A stretch of DNA of 62,077 nt, filler included, from Choristocarpus tenellus KU-1152 (lineage: Eukaryota > Protista > Phaeophyceae), in the NCBI GenBank assembly GCA_964200185.2. It is 11 parts of 11 records of this genome, joined end to end, with 100 filler letters (N's around TTAATTAATTAA, not from the genome) between each part and the next. Parts side by side here need not be neighbours in the genome. Positions count along the whole stretch, not along the records: positions 39,078 to 43,377 come from CAXNAD020015229.1; positions 43,478 to 50,811 come from CAXNAD020006318.1; positions 50,912 to 55,045 come from CAXNAD020016048.1; 8 more parts are not named here. One strand, written 5' to 3'. Numbering within the stretch: position 1 is the stretch's first letter; every line of letters starts with the position of its first letter. Position numbers and translations under genes: made by a program. Positions 40,990 to 53,246 of this stretch are shown here, in pieces. The notes beneath the pieces were generated by a model, which made no database searches, was not told the origin of the DNA, and saw only the letters and a list, made by a program, of their open reading frames with translations.

Positions 40990-42190
40990 TCTGGTTAGGG
41001 TCAACTCTTTTTCTAATTATTACTCCCCATCCATCACAATTTTTCCAGCCACAGAAAAATCTCCATTTCCACCTTCGGCGTGTTTTCAAGCTCACTAGAT
41101 ATCTGCCTTTTTCTTGCCCCTGTGTGCTCCGCACTGAAGTCATTCCCTCCTTTGTATCCAAGACTTGATTGTACACCACAAAAAGGAGCTGCTGAGCCCA
41201 CTCAAGTGTAGTTTCATCATACTCCTCATACTGTTTCTTAATGACCTTCCCAATCTCCTCGACAGACCCAAACTGCTCCCCCATCACCCAGCATTTCAAA
41301 GACCTGAAGAAGCACAGCTCCATGATATTGAGGTTGGGAGAGTTAGATGACTGTGTCATAAGTCTAATGGACTAACCCTCGGTCTTCCCTGCCCCTGACA
41401 AGATATATGAGTTGTACTTTCCCTGTGTGGGGTGTGGCACCGTCTTGCTGAATGACAATGTGCTTCTTCTGCAATCAAGGCATCTTGGTCTTGATTGCAG
41501 GCAGTAACTCCTGTATCTACCGCTTCCTGTATCACAGATGGTCTAAAGTACAGTCTTGCTCACACACACATCCCTTTTTAGGTTCTTGCTTGTCCTGTCC
41601 GCCGTTTTTGGTGCACACACATGCCAAACACCAAGCTTGCCATCAAAACTGTGAGCCGAATCTGGGTAGATGTTGGCTGCAATGACAATGGTTTTGGGGA
41701 TACGACTCTTGTGCTGCACAGTAGGGGACCCTGGAAGGTCGCTATCATCCTGATGCGGAAATACCTAACCCTTTCCCCATCCACCATCACGTGAAACCAG
41801 GTTTCAGTCACATGGATTGTGTTCACCATGGAGGTGTACACACCACATTTCCAGTCCACTTGGTCGCAAACAAAGTCCATTCTCCATAGCTTGTACCATG
41901 ATTTAAGCTTGGGTTTGATCCAGTGATGATTCGTCATGCCCCCCATATCACCCAACCACCTGTTGATTGTGCTCGTGCTACAATTCAGCCCCTTGGCAGC
42001 CATCTTCTTGTCACCTGACGCACTGTGGATGACTGATTATCGGAGTTGATAGTATGTATGCGGCCATCTTGGTCGGTTTGAGCTCTGAAGGTTGCCCACT
42101 ACGTGCTGTCACCCCTAGGTCAAGCGTGTGAGCACGGGTGAGCTGATCAGCAACGTCCTCCCAGAGCCCTCAGACAACACCACCGGTCGA
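40990..42190 (-). pseudogene. Tc1/mariner (DD39D, plant/oomycete-type) transposase pseudogene
   Basis: Motifs RSGQP, IHVTETWF (cf. HIDEKWF), LLPAIKTKMP*LQKKHIVIQQDGATPH, QSSNSPNLNIMELCFFRSLK (cf. NSPDLNxxDLGFF); stops, frameshifts and altered first and third catalytic residues. Confidence 0.85.
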
Positions 42191-43145
42191 TTGTTGGCCG
42201 CCAGCGCAAGCGTAGGGACATGGAGAAGGATACGGAGAAATATATATTCCTTGAACCGACACTGAGGGCTGTGCCGGACATAGATGAGGGAGAAATACCC
42301 AATGCCGGTGCCAAAGGCAGGGCACTATACTTCAGATGAGACGATCAGTGGATGCGAGGGACCGTGACCAAGTACCAGCCCCACTACACGGTGAAAGTTG
42401 GACATGAACAAGTTAGCTACCCCTACGAGGTTAAATGGGAGAATGGCGACTTGCGAAATATCCGGCTTATTGTCGAACGCTACAGTATAGACCAAGACGC
42501 TCCTACACGTGCCTGGTTCTGGACAAGTCCCACTCTGCCGCCATACTGACGAGAGACACGACTTTGAGGAGCTACCTAGGCCAATTCCTGTTCGTGAGCC
42601 ACCCCCTACTTCGCCAATCAGACACATGCCTCAACAGACATGTTGTGCTGAAGAGGCCGGACATTCTCTAAATCAACGGACTAATACATGTGGTATATTG
42701 ATTTTAGTATCTTCCTGAAGAGTTTGTGTGTATATGTGTCCTCATACGCATACTTTTATTGGCCCGGTGGCAACCTAGATTTCATCTAGATTAGTGCGTT
42801 CTGCCACTATCCTGTAATACTTTTACTGCCATGCCCCAATCCTTTTTCCTCCCCTCTTTGCGTTGATCGGACCACAGAGAAATTGACAGAAACTTTGCTA
42901 AATAACATTGACGCAGAAGCATCTCGTACTTCGTACCACCATCTATAGCACAAGTCGAGATTTTCACAATAGAAGACCCCTCTTCCAAACCCAAATCCAA
43001 ACGGTGGCAACCATCCCTGCTCCAATCTTTGAACCCAACGGCAACTTCCCTGAGCCATAATCACACAGTCTACACCCACTCAAGTGCCAAGCGCAGGTCC
43101 TAAAGACATTTTATTCCAAAATACATCAAACAAGGACGGTGACTT

Positions 43146-43330
43146 GGGTCAAAGTATCTGGGGGGAGGTGGTTTGTGAGGGGGCATCCGTTTTGGCCCCG
43201 ACCAGGAGCTCAAGAATTATAGCGACAACAGCTGTCTTCAGTCGTGGACGCTATAATTTTTGAGCACCTGGTCGGGGCCAAAACGGACGCCCCCTCACAA
43301 CCCCCCCCCCCCCCCCCCCCCACCCCTCCC
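43146..43330. mobile_element. Fold-back (hairpin) MITE with a family-B-type terminus
   Basis: Starts GGGTCAAAGTATCTGGGGG; 52-bp inverted arms 43173-43224 and 43249-43300 (3 mismatches) around a 24-nt loop; right terminus decays into poly-C. Confidence 0.85.
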
Positions 43331-43996
43331 ATCATCGCACAACACCTCAGCACCTCACTTAGCATCGCCAAGAGCTGNNNNNNNNNNNNNNNNNNNNNNN
43401 NNNNNNNNNNNNNNNNNNNNNTTAATTAATTAANNNNNNNNNNNNNNNNNNNNNNNNNNNNNNNNNNNNNNNNNNNNGGGGAAGAGTGCTGGCGGTATAG
43501 CCGAAAATTTGCCTGCAAGGGGGTAGGAAGAAGGATAGGACTATTTTGGGGGGGTTGTGAATTGGGGGACCGAGGAAGAGAAGAGAGCAAGGGGTTTGCA
43601 ATCAGAAAGGCGTGGTGTTAAACAGGGCACTATGTTCTGTAGTATGCACAGACTTACAGAATCCATTGTATATTGTTTTTCATATTATCCAACCTCCTTT
43701 CCACCCACCCCTTTTCCTTCCCTGCACATCCCCCCTCCCACTCTCCCCCCTCCCCTCCCACAAGTCGAGACCCCACCTTACAATCATTCTGTTTTGTCAG
43801 TACAAGTCGTTGATAGTTGTGTACTGCAAAACGCGCAATTCTCCTGGCGCTTGTTTCTTATCCCCTCTTTGCCAAGCTTTTCCTCTGCCAAGAGCTTCAG
43901 TGCGTGCCCCGATTGCATCACTTATTGAACTAGGTTACCACCCTTGTTTTTGTTTTTGTTTTTGTTTTTGTTTTTTGTTTTTTGTTCTAAAAAAAG

Positions 43997-46900
43997 GATG
44001 CTTTTTTGGAGGTGGACACAACAGGAGATGGCGTTATCACCTGCGAAGAGCTACGGGATGTGAGTTGACTTTTTGCCGCAGTGTGATGATAGTTTCCAGA
44101 AAAAAAAATGTTGAGAGTTGCGCCGCACGAGTTGGTTTGTGAGTAGCGACCTTGGAAGGCGTACTTATGCTGTCAGGTGAAGACTGGGTCTCCGTCTTGT
44201 CGCTGTGGGTGGATGGGCGGATTGATGCTGCTCAGGCACCACAGGAAGGGTGTTCTGTCTGCTCTCTCTTTGTGTGCAGGATTGGATGTAGTTTGTTTTT
44301 TTTGCTTGTCTTCTCTTGGCTCTGTAGCGGTTGACTCAAGGCTCCGGAGTGATGGCTTCTTTTTTTTTGTGGTTCGCCTTCATCTTGGCTGAGTGATGCG
44401 TGAAATGAAATGTCACTGGAGCAGCGGAGATGATGCAAGAGGGTAGCATGTTGTGTGTACGAGCCTTATGTTCTTGTGCTAACATTCACCCAGTATGTTG
44501 AGTGTTCGGTGCTTTTTATCTATGCATGTGATGTGTCTGTCTTGTCCTCCCCCCTCATTCCCTAGACCCTCTTTCCCCATGCATTTCCCCATCAACGCTT
44601 ACCCTCCTTCCCTCTCGCCCTGCCCCCCCCCTACCAACTCCTCCTTGCCGCCCTTTCTGGTTCTCTATGGGATGGATTCCAACCGTGTCTGTTGGTAGGT
44701 CCTAAGAGACCATGGTGTTGAGCACAGCGAGGTAGACAGGGTGTTTGGCGCAGTGGATATGGACCAGAGCGGACGCCTCCATTACATGGAGTTCCTTGCT
44801 GCCACTGTGGAGGCTAGGGGTTTTATAGAGGTGAGGCATGGCAGGAGGAGGGAAGGATAGTATTGTGAGGAGGTAGGATCGGACTCAAGCCAATGTGGCA
44901 TTTGGGGGGTGGGAAAGGAGGGTGACCCAGGCATGGAATGGAGGAGTTGAAAGATTTTGCGTCCCGATAGTACACTTTTTTTTTTGTTACGTACGTTGAT
45001 CGTTTGTTGCATCAGGAGGAGCGATTGGAGGAGGCGTTTGAACGGCTGGATGTGGATGGGAGCGGTTACATCACCAGAGAAGATCTGCAGGCTGTTCTGG
45101 GACCGGGATATGATGACAAGTTTATAAGCGCCATGATGGAGGTGAGGGAGTGTAGAGAGGAAGAGGAGGAGGAGGAGGAGGAGGAATTTGTGCAATATAG
45201 GCTAGGTAGTCTGTATGCTTTGTATCTGTTTAGTGACCACTACTAGACAACAGAAATGTTGACTAAGTGGAATAAGTGTCACTAACTTGTATGGTTAGAA
45301 TCTCGGATGATTGACTTCTTATTACTTGATAGAAATGGATTGACGGAGGATTACTGACGTAGTACTAGTTACACAGGACAACAGGACACATTTTGATATG
45401 TCTGCTGACGTATGCAATAAATAATAATGTAAGGGAGAGCACCCCACCACCGAGGGCTGTGCTCACTCCGCTAATATATTAATCCATACCACGTAAAGCG
45501 AATATTCTATTGGAAATAGCTCTCTTTAGCATAGAATTTGTTGGGACTGAGCTAGTGCGAGTTCGTTTCTGGATAACTGTGAGGATGGTGCAGAATTATG
45601 CTGCCCCCCCTTCCTCCCTGCTTGATTGTAATCATTGATTGTAATCATTAATTGATTGTAATCATTAATTGATTGTAATCATTAATTGATTGTAATCATT
45701 AATTGATTGTAATCATTAATTGATTGTAATCATAAACTAGTGATTTGCTTCGATTATTTCAAATTCTCAGTAACAGGCCGATAGTCGCGTTGTCTTGGTG
45801 TAGATTTCTAGGGTGGTGCCTACCTCTGGAATTTGCTGGTCTTTTGTGGGCTGATCCTCCAAACATGACTCTGAGGTATGTCTTGAAGGCCCGCTTAGAA
45901 ACACCTGTGCTTGTCCATCTTGAAATGCCTCTGTGCCAAGACTAAACCTCCATAGCAATGTTAGCCCTGACATCGTGATCGTGTTCTTTGAATTAAGTCA
46001 CCAACCAACGCATTAACTTTGAAACATTGTGGGAGCAGTGCCTCAGGTTGGTTGCAACGATGGCCTTGAGAGAATTCTTACTGCGTACTCCATCCATAAA
46101 ATATTCTAGAGTGGTTTAAAGCAATATGCTCTTCTTGACACACTGACCTAAAGCCTTGATTGAACAGACGTACCACACCTCAGTGTGAGCACAGTATGTA
46201 AGAGCCGGTTTACTCGCGGGAAGGAATGCCCGTGTTTGTGATGTCATCAGTGTACAACATGTTTGGAAGCGTTAACGCCTCTGCTCACTCCCCCGCCTCC
46301 CCCCCCCCCCTACCTTCTATCTCCACCAGGAGGGAAATCAGGACCAGAAGAAGGGGGGTATTAACTGGGAAGAGTTTCTGGACTTGATGAGGCCAGTGGT
46401 GGAGCATGATTATCATGAGGAGGCATTGGCTATTCTGGCTGGGGCCACAGAGGAGGGGCGTGTGGCAGCAGAGGTGGAACGACGTGCTGTTAACCAAGCT
46501 CCACCATATCACAGCAGCCGACCTCCGAGTCGGGTTGGTAGTCTACGTACTAGCCTAAGCGAGGGGAAGGATAGCTGCAGGGGGTGCGTATGCTTGTGTG
46601 CCATGTGGGTTGGGTGAGGTTTGATCTCATGTACACCAGAGAGAGGGAGAGATTGATATATGTGTTGGTGTGGGTGTGGGTGTGTGTATGTACTGACCTA
46701 TTTGAGTTTTGGAAGGAGAGGGTAGATTTGAGAGAGCTTAGGAGATACGCTTGTTTTGTGTCCCTGTTGCCTTTTTGTGAATTGGATTTATGGGATTGAT
46801 GGGATTGATGGTTATTGACAGTCCTTCCAGTACCTTCCTTCTATATAAGAGCACTGGTTGTCAAAGCAAGCAATAGACTCCCCTTCGTTGCTGCACTCCC

Positions 46901-47108
46901 CCCTCCCCTGGATCTTACTTACCCTCCCGCGCTCCAATGCCCCCTTTGGTGTCCCATGTTATCCAGGGATGTGATTTCAGGCATCCAGGTGGTGGAAGGA
47001 GTAATGAAGGCGATCTCTCACACATCACCTGTTTCAGCAGCCAGTTGTTCTCCTTCTTCACCTGCCCCACCACCCCTACAACCCACAACAACGACGGGTT
47101 CAGAGTAG
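43997..47108 (+). CDS. Calcium-dependent protein kinase-like gene, 3' part (calmodulin-like 4-EF-hand domain plus tail); exons 43997-44059, 44699-44830, 45016-45141, 46330-46583, 46967-47108
   Basis: Phase-consistent GT-AG exons give DAFLEVDTTGDGVITCEELRD|..VDMDQSGRLHYMEFLAATVE..|EEAFERLDVDGSGYITREDL..|..GGINWEEFLDLM; EFLAAT and AF.RLD.D.SGYIT are typical of the CDPK activation domain. The kinase domain is not on this contig. Confidence 0.85.
45623..45732. repeat. 17-bp minisatellite (TTGATTGTAATCATTAA), about 6 copies, in a CDPK intron
   Basis: Direct reading of the tandem units. Confidence 0.95.
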
Positions 47109-49456
47109 TCTTATCTTCATATCTTGTGGTGAGGAGGGGGGTTGGAAATGGAGATGAGTGATGATGGGTGTATGGTGCATTTATGTATAGAGATAGGGCC
47201 GTGTTCTGACAAGATCTGCCCTGTGTATTATATTATAGGTACATACTACAGTCTGAGCAATGAAATTGTAGGTGGGTTATTCAGAGGTTTGGAGGTCAGA
47301 ATGGGGTGGGTGGATGACGCCCCTTGTGCCTACAGGACTCTTCTCTGATGTAGTACTTCAATGACACCACAATCACCTCCAGCTTGGCCCATCTTATGTC
47401 CACATCGCATCCAAATAGTACTTCAATTGCCCTCTAGGGTCTCTCCGCAATAGTCAAGGATACCAAAGAGTTAGTTGGGATGTGTTCACAGTTGCACCCC
47501 TTAACCACACAATATATCAGTAAAGTGCTGTGTATAGTCTTCTTTGTGGTTGCTGGACACCAGTGGGTACACTTCGCAATGGTTGGGTCCCTTGTGACCA
47601 AGATATGTTAGCAACATTTTTTTTTTGTGCTGTGGCATTCATGACTGTAGAGAAGAAATGTGTGTTCACATTTTGTCGAGTTTAGACTTCTTTTTTTAGC
47701 TTGCTGTAAGGTTTTTGTTTGAAGTTGTTTAGCCTTTGCTAAGGGGCCGGTTTAAGATAGTTTACAGTAAAAATAATAAACGAAGGGGTTTTGAGCTTCC
47801 TATATCTTGTTTTGGGGGGAACGTTGGCCTGTGTACTGGTGGTGTAGCCCTTGGTTCAATCTTTTTTTGTGCAGTTTAACAGTTGAACAAAATTGTGCTG
47901 ATCGGGTTGATACGGCAAAGCATGAGTCTTGGGGTGCAGGGTTTTGTGGGCAGGTTAATCAATATGTGGTGTATATATATATATATTGTATAGTAATACA
48001 CCACCATGAGGAGTTGAACAGACCCTCCCGTTGCGTTTCCTGTTGTACTTTTATGCCTGTGTATCTGGTGTTATGTGTATCAAACCACAAACGCTCAATT
48101 TCATGATGTGCATTTAATACCACTCTTTTTTTGTATGTTTTTTTCGTGTAGCTTTAATCAAGATACAAATGGTGACTTACTGTACTGTCGCATTTAATCA
48201 AGATTTGTGCACTCAAGTTAGTTGTCTGTCCTTAGATGTGGCGGCAATGTATCTGGGAGTTGACCTGCAGGAAATCGTCAATCACTGGTGTTGCAGCAAG
48301 GGTGTGGGGAACTACTGTAAGGAGTGTGGTGTGTTAATGGCACGCTACCACCACCTGTTTGCCCAAAACCTTGAGGTATGGGATGCAGAGCACGATATGC
48401 CATTATCGTTGCCAGTATTACGCTTCTCTTGTTTTCCAAACATAACACCTTAGACGTCATTTTTGTCCCTCAAAATAATAATAAAAATAATACAGTCTGG
48501 ATCAACAAGGAGAGAAGGCTGGCTCCATCCCTTGATACTACCGTGTATGACATGTGTATGTACACCAATTGTAGAGACCGTCCCAAAGTCTAAGGCAGTT
48601 GAGTAAAGTAATACGAGTCATCTTATCTGAGGAGGGCGTCTGTTTAGTAGACCCTTTTGAATACCAAGAGCTAAACCTTCTGGCTGATACCCCCGTTCCC
48701 AGGCCTGAATATCCCCCGGTAGGAGAGTGTGGCTAGAACAATCGCCATCCGGAGTAGTAGAAGCTTAAGCATAAGGACTGCACAATAAGGCAGTCACATG
48801 GGTCCCAAATATCAACAAAACCCCTCTCTAAGATAGGATGACTCTGACACAAATATTGTGTACGTTCTTCGTGCCCATGCCTAATAATGGAGGGGGTTTT
48901 TTCACTCTGCGATATGAGTACTTCCACAAGTCAAGGTGACTCCTCTGCTGCATCCTCCTAGGCAAGGTCATGAGTTTCACATTTCTGTGTTGATTTTTTT
49001 TTTTTTTACTAGAGCATTGCACGCCTTCGACAAGGTGATGTTCACCATGTAAAGCTTTTTACAATATATTCTATTACAAGAATAGAGCTGTTTTTGTAGG
49101 GGTTTGGGCTCTATTTTTTGCTTAGGGTTACAGTCAGTATTGCTCTGTCTGTATTGTCCTTGTTGTTCAAAACAATCTTTTGTTTTGTTCTTTCGTTCTT
49201 ATTTAGAACCATTGAACAAAGATGCCAAATTCAGTACAATATATATATTTTAAAAATTGGGAAAGCAAGAAATAATGTGAAGAAAATTTCATGTCCATTG
49301 CACTCAGGTACAATTCCTGTTTGAAGTAAAAAGATCAAGCCCTTTTGCTCTGTAAATGCACACCCTTTCTCCGGATAATACTTTTGTCATGCACAGTGTA
49401 ACACCGAAACGTTAAGCTGTGTTACGCAAGTGTTACATAATCCAGGGTTTGAACTA

Positions 49457-49515
<59 letters not shown>

Positions 49516-49840
49516 TTGGTGTGTTACTCAAGTGAAAACCAACATCCGTAACACAATCATAAATTATATTTTATTCCCACCCACCCCTAACACTTGCGAC
49601 ATGAACAGTAGTGTGTGGCAACAACGTACACCAAAACAGAAAGAGAAGAGCACTCGCACTCCGGCGTAAATCTATGTTGCTAATCTCATCCCAGCATCAA
49701 CACCAGCAATCTGAACGACAGCTCCATGCCCACACTCCAATCTCCACCTCATTTTGGTAGGACAGGTAAGGAACTGTCAACCACTTCATGTGTGATGATC
49801 GAGCTTAATATTTAGATTGGCAGTCAACTCCTAGGTACAT

Positions 49841-50520
49841 TCAGCCTCTCGTGGGGGACTCCCCACAGACTTGCACTTCTCCTGCTGGCCATATGCGGGC
49901 CACAGTGGCAGCAGCACCGCCTGCCCCAACCCCTGATCCGCTCATCATGTCCTGGCTGGGATCTGGAAGGCGAAGGTGCCATGTTCCCCCACCTGCGCCA
50001 AGGACTGCATCACGACCACTTTTCTCCCATGTAATGTCTGTCACCGCTGCGTGTGTGAGGGCATGTGCAAGGTCCTGGAGGTGGAAAAGAAGCAATGGGA
50101 ACAACAGTTACACATGTATTCGATATGTATAGAGAGGAGTACGTCAATGGAAGCAACTCCTGATGATAAGACAGATGTCGATGCTCAGTGCAGTGTAGTT
50201 TTGTGAGGTACTCGCTTCTTGATATAGTATAGAGAAGTGCTACTGTGTGTTGGTTGCCTGGATCTTCTGGGACTATCAACCATGACACCGTAATGAAAGA
50301 TGAGAAACACTTACCAGGCAATGCACCATCCCTTGGAAGGCACCTGAGGCCACCCCAATCACAGGAGATACCATCCCCTCCACATCCCACACCTCCACCC
50401 GCCCCCTGGTGCCACCCACAGCCACCCGCCCTGGTCCAGCTGTTGATAGGCAGGTGATGGTTGCCTCTCCCTCCTCAAAGACATGCCATGACACAATACC
50501 GATCTCATCCCACTCCACCA
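49841..50520 (-). CDS. Last two exons (50520-50315, 50074-49841) of a probable WD40/beta-propeller protein
   Basis: ITCLSTAGPGRVAVGGTRGRVEVWD resembles a WD40 repeat; GTAAGT donor, CAG acceptor, phase 0, ends at TGA. Confidence 0.6.
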
Positions 50521-51154
50521 CTACACAAGTTGCCCGTTGTAAGGATTGATAACATAATAAAGTATAAATGAGAGAAGTAGTGCAGACAGCGATACAAGGG
50601 GGAAGGGAGGGCGGAAGGAACATTAGGCAGATGTAACAGTCTCATTTAAGTGTACACTGCATGTATCTGTATGTGCAACACAACCCAGAGCAAAGTATTG
50701 TGTGCGTCCCATACCCCATTTTAAGGTACGAAGAGGCTCAAAGTATCTGTTGGGGGGGGGGGAGGGGTCTACACCAGGGTGTCCATTCAGCCTGACCAGG
50801 CAAAGTGCACTNNNNNNNNNNNNNNNNNNNNNNNNNNNNNNNNNNNNNNNNNNNNTTAATTAATTAANNNNNNNNNNNNNNNNNNNNNNNNNNNNNNNNN
50901 NNNNNNNNNNNCCCCCCCCCCCCCCCCCAGATACTTCGACCTTTTTGTGCAGGGGATATTTTATAAGGCTCTTCATGTGTAGACTTGGAGTACAAAAAAT
51001 AGTTGCTTGGGAAAATTCTTGGGAAAATTCTATGGTTTGTTTGCAAGGGGGGAAAATTTGAGGGCGGAGTTAACCACTGTACTGAATGATCTATGCCCCA
51101 CATCAACGATTTGAACCCAGCTGTCGCCTGCTCATTCATAATGGCGTATGTCAC

Positions 51155-51728
51155 CTTGAGGCCCAGAAGGAGTAAGTCAAAGACACCGTCATGGTCCAGT
51201 TTATTTCCTGAAATATCCATCACCTCCAGGGAGGCGTTGGCCGAGAGAGCTGCAGACAGAGCTTTCCCCCCAATGTATCCAAATCCCACATTGGTCAGGT
51301 ACAATGTCCTGTAGTTTGAGAAACAGACAAGAAGAAGGAGTTGATGAGGTTGAAGAACATCACTGACCATCCCCTCAGCAGGAAGGACCTAGACCCTAAG
51401 TTCCTAGGAATTTGATATTTTTGCTTGGTCTGGTTTTTGAATTCGAACAAACAGGTTGGTGGTGTATAAGTCCAAGAACATTTAGAGTGAGCGTAATCTA
51501 ATGTATCAGCCTGAAATTTCTGATGTACTCGACAGCAGTTGAATCAAGCACAAGCACCGAGCAGCTTGGGGCTTGGGGCTTCCGAAAGCAGAGTGTGTAC
51601 AGCTCTGTTGTGTGTGAAGAAACCCCTCGATTTTCGGTTTCACCTAATAGCAGTTCTGACCCGATCATTGCGATTCAATCTCTACAATCCACAACTCCAA
51701 CTAGTACTTTGTATCAGTTGTGGTGCCG

Positions 51729-51763
<35 letters not shown>

Positions 51764-52678
51764 CTTTCTAGTTTGTCATGTCACATGTTGAATAACTTCC
51801 CCAAGGTTGAAAAACCACAGTGGCCCAAGGTAATTTAGGGGGTAGGGCCGCGTCCGTTCGGGGTCATAAATCCAATGTTGTTGTGATTTTGATTCATTTT
51901 GACGATTGTGTTTGTTAGCAAGTGCCAATACCCTTGCTCCAGACACACCTTTTCATAGTTGTATACACTTTAGGTAAAACTGTGTTCACACAGAAAACTG
52001 AAAAAGGGCATAAAAAACCCATGGGAAGTCAGGCCAAAAACGGACAAACAGGACAAAACTAGTTTGCATGTTGTTTAATTTAGGGTTAGGGTTGAAATAC
52101 CACAGCTACGTATCCATCCTCCCATCAGCAGTTGCAACAACTTAGAGAGTCAAATTATCTTAGAGGGTAGAGCCGCATCCATTTGGGGACCAAAATCCAA
52201 TGTTGCAATTTTGACGTAATTTTGGCTATCGTGTTTGTTAGGGAGTATCAATATCCCTTTGTTCCGGACACACTTTTTCATAACATACATCCTTTACCTA
52301 CTCCTCAACATTTTGAAGAAGGAAAATGTCATGAAAGAACCCATGGGAAGCCAAGCCCCAAATGGACAAACAGGACAAAACCCGCACCCTCTAATAAGAT
52401 ACTTTCACCCTAGACAAAAGCTTTAATAGGGTTAGGGCCGCATCTGTTCAGGGTCATAAATGTTGAACCTTACCCTAACCCTAATGTTGAGATTTTGATG
52501 AACTTTGACTCTTGTGTCTGTTAGCAAGTGCCAATACCCTTGCTCTAGACACACCTTTTCATAGTTGCATACATTTTAGGCAACTGTGTTCTCATTAAAA
52601 AAACAAAAACAAAAATGGAACAATAAAACAAAACAGTTTGAGTGAAAAGTATCTTAGCTCGATGAAACTGAAAAAAAG

Positions 52679-52713
<35 letters not shown>

Positions 52714-53246
52714 CCCTAAGTATACCATCACACCCAGTTAACCGACATATTTCATTGGCCAACCCTAAGAACTTCACACCGCAAATAAGAAAAAAAAAGT
52801 AAAAAACAAAATGGTCCCTGAATAGAAAAAAAGACTACATAGAGCTTTATATTTTTTTTGTTGTTGTTGTACAGGGTAACCGTCGTTGGGTTGTTTCAGG
52901 CGAGCTTGAATACCTCTCTCTCTCCCACCTACTGCTCTCACTTCAAGGGGCACCCATGGGGGGAAATCAGGGCTGCTGCCAGATACACAGTCCCACTATC
53001 ACCAGGCCTCGGAGGGAAGCCCTCCCTCTCTGTAATTGTCCTGCCGATCGTCTTCCACCCTCCCTTGCCTCGAGGGAGGCACCCGTTCATTGCAAGGGTC
53101 TTCAGGGTGCAGCAGGGCTGACATAAGAGTGCTGCCACAGACTCACACCCTCGGGAGCTGAAAGGATTCTGTGCGAGGTTGAGGCAAGTGAGGGCTGGAA
53201 GAGATTCCATCGCCACACATAGGCGATGGACACCGCGGTCCAGGAT
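51155..53246 (-). CDS. Two exons (53246-52942, 51308-51155) of an RNI/NLRC3-type leucine-rich-repeat protein
   Basis: LTCLNLAQNPFSSRGCESVAALL, LKTLYLTNVGFGYIGGKALSAAL, SLEVMDISGNKLDHDG; the phase-2 junction AA|G is consistent. Confidence 0.8.
52147..52410. mobile_element. MITE family A, intronic; further copies at 1-85 (partial), 16782-16844, 23399-23502, 24022-24085, ~27155-27396, ~51826-52062, ~52425-52590, ~53714-54030, 54224-54487, 61704-61962
   Basis: TIRs, perfect TSD TAGA/TAGA; the 54224 copy has AGGG/CGGG flanks. Confidence 0.9.

Noticed and set aside
40990-42190. Mariner transposase as the mobiliser of the MITE suite
   Set aside because: Mariner elements make TA TSDs; the MITEs show variable 3-4 bp TSDs and their TIR was not seen bounding this element.
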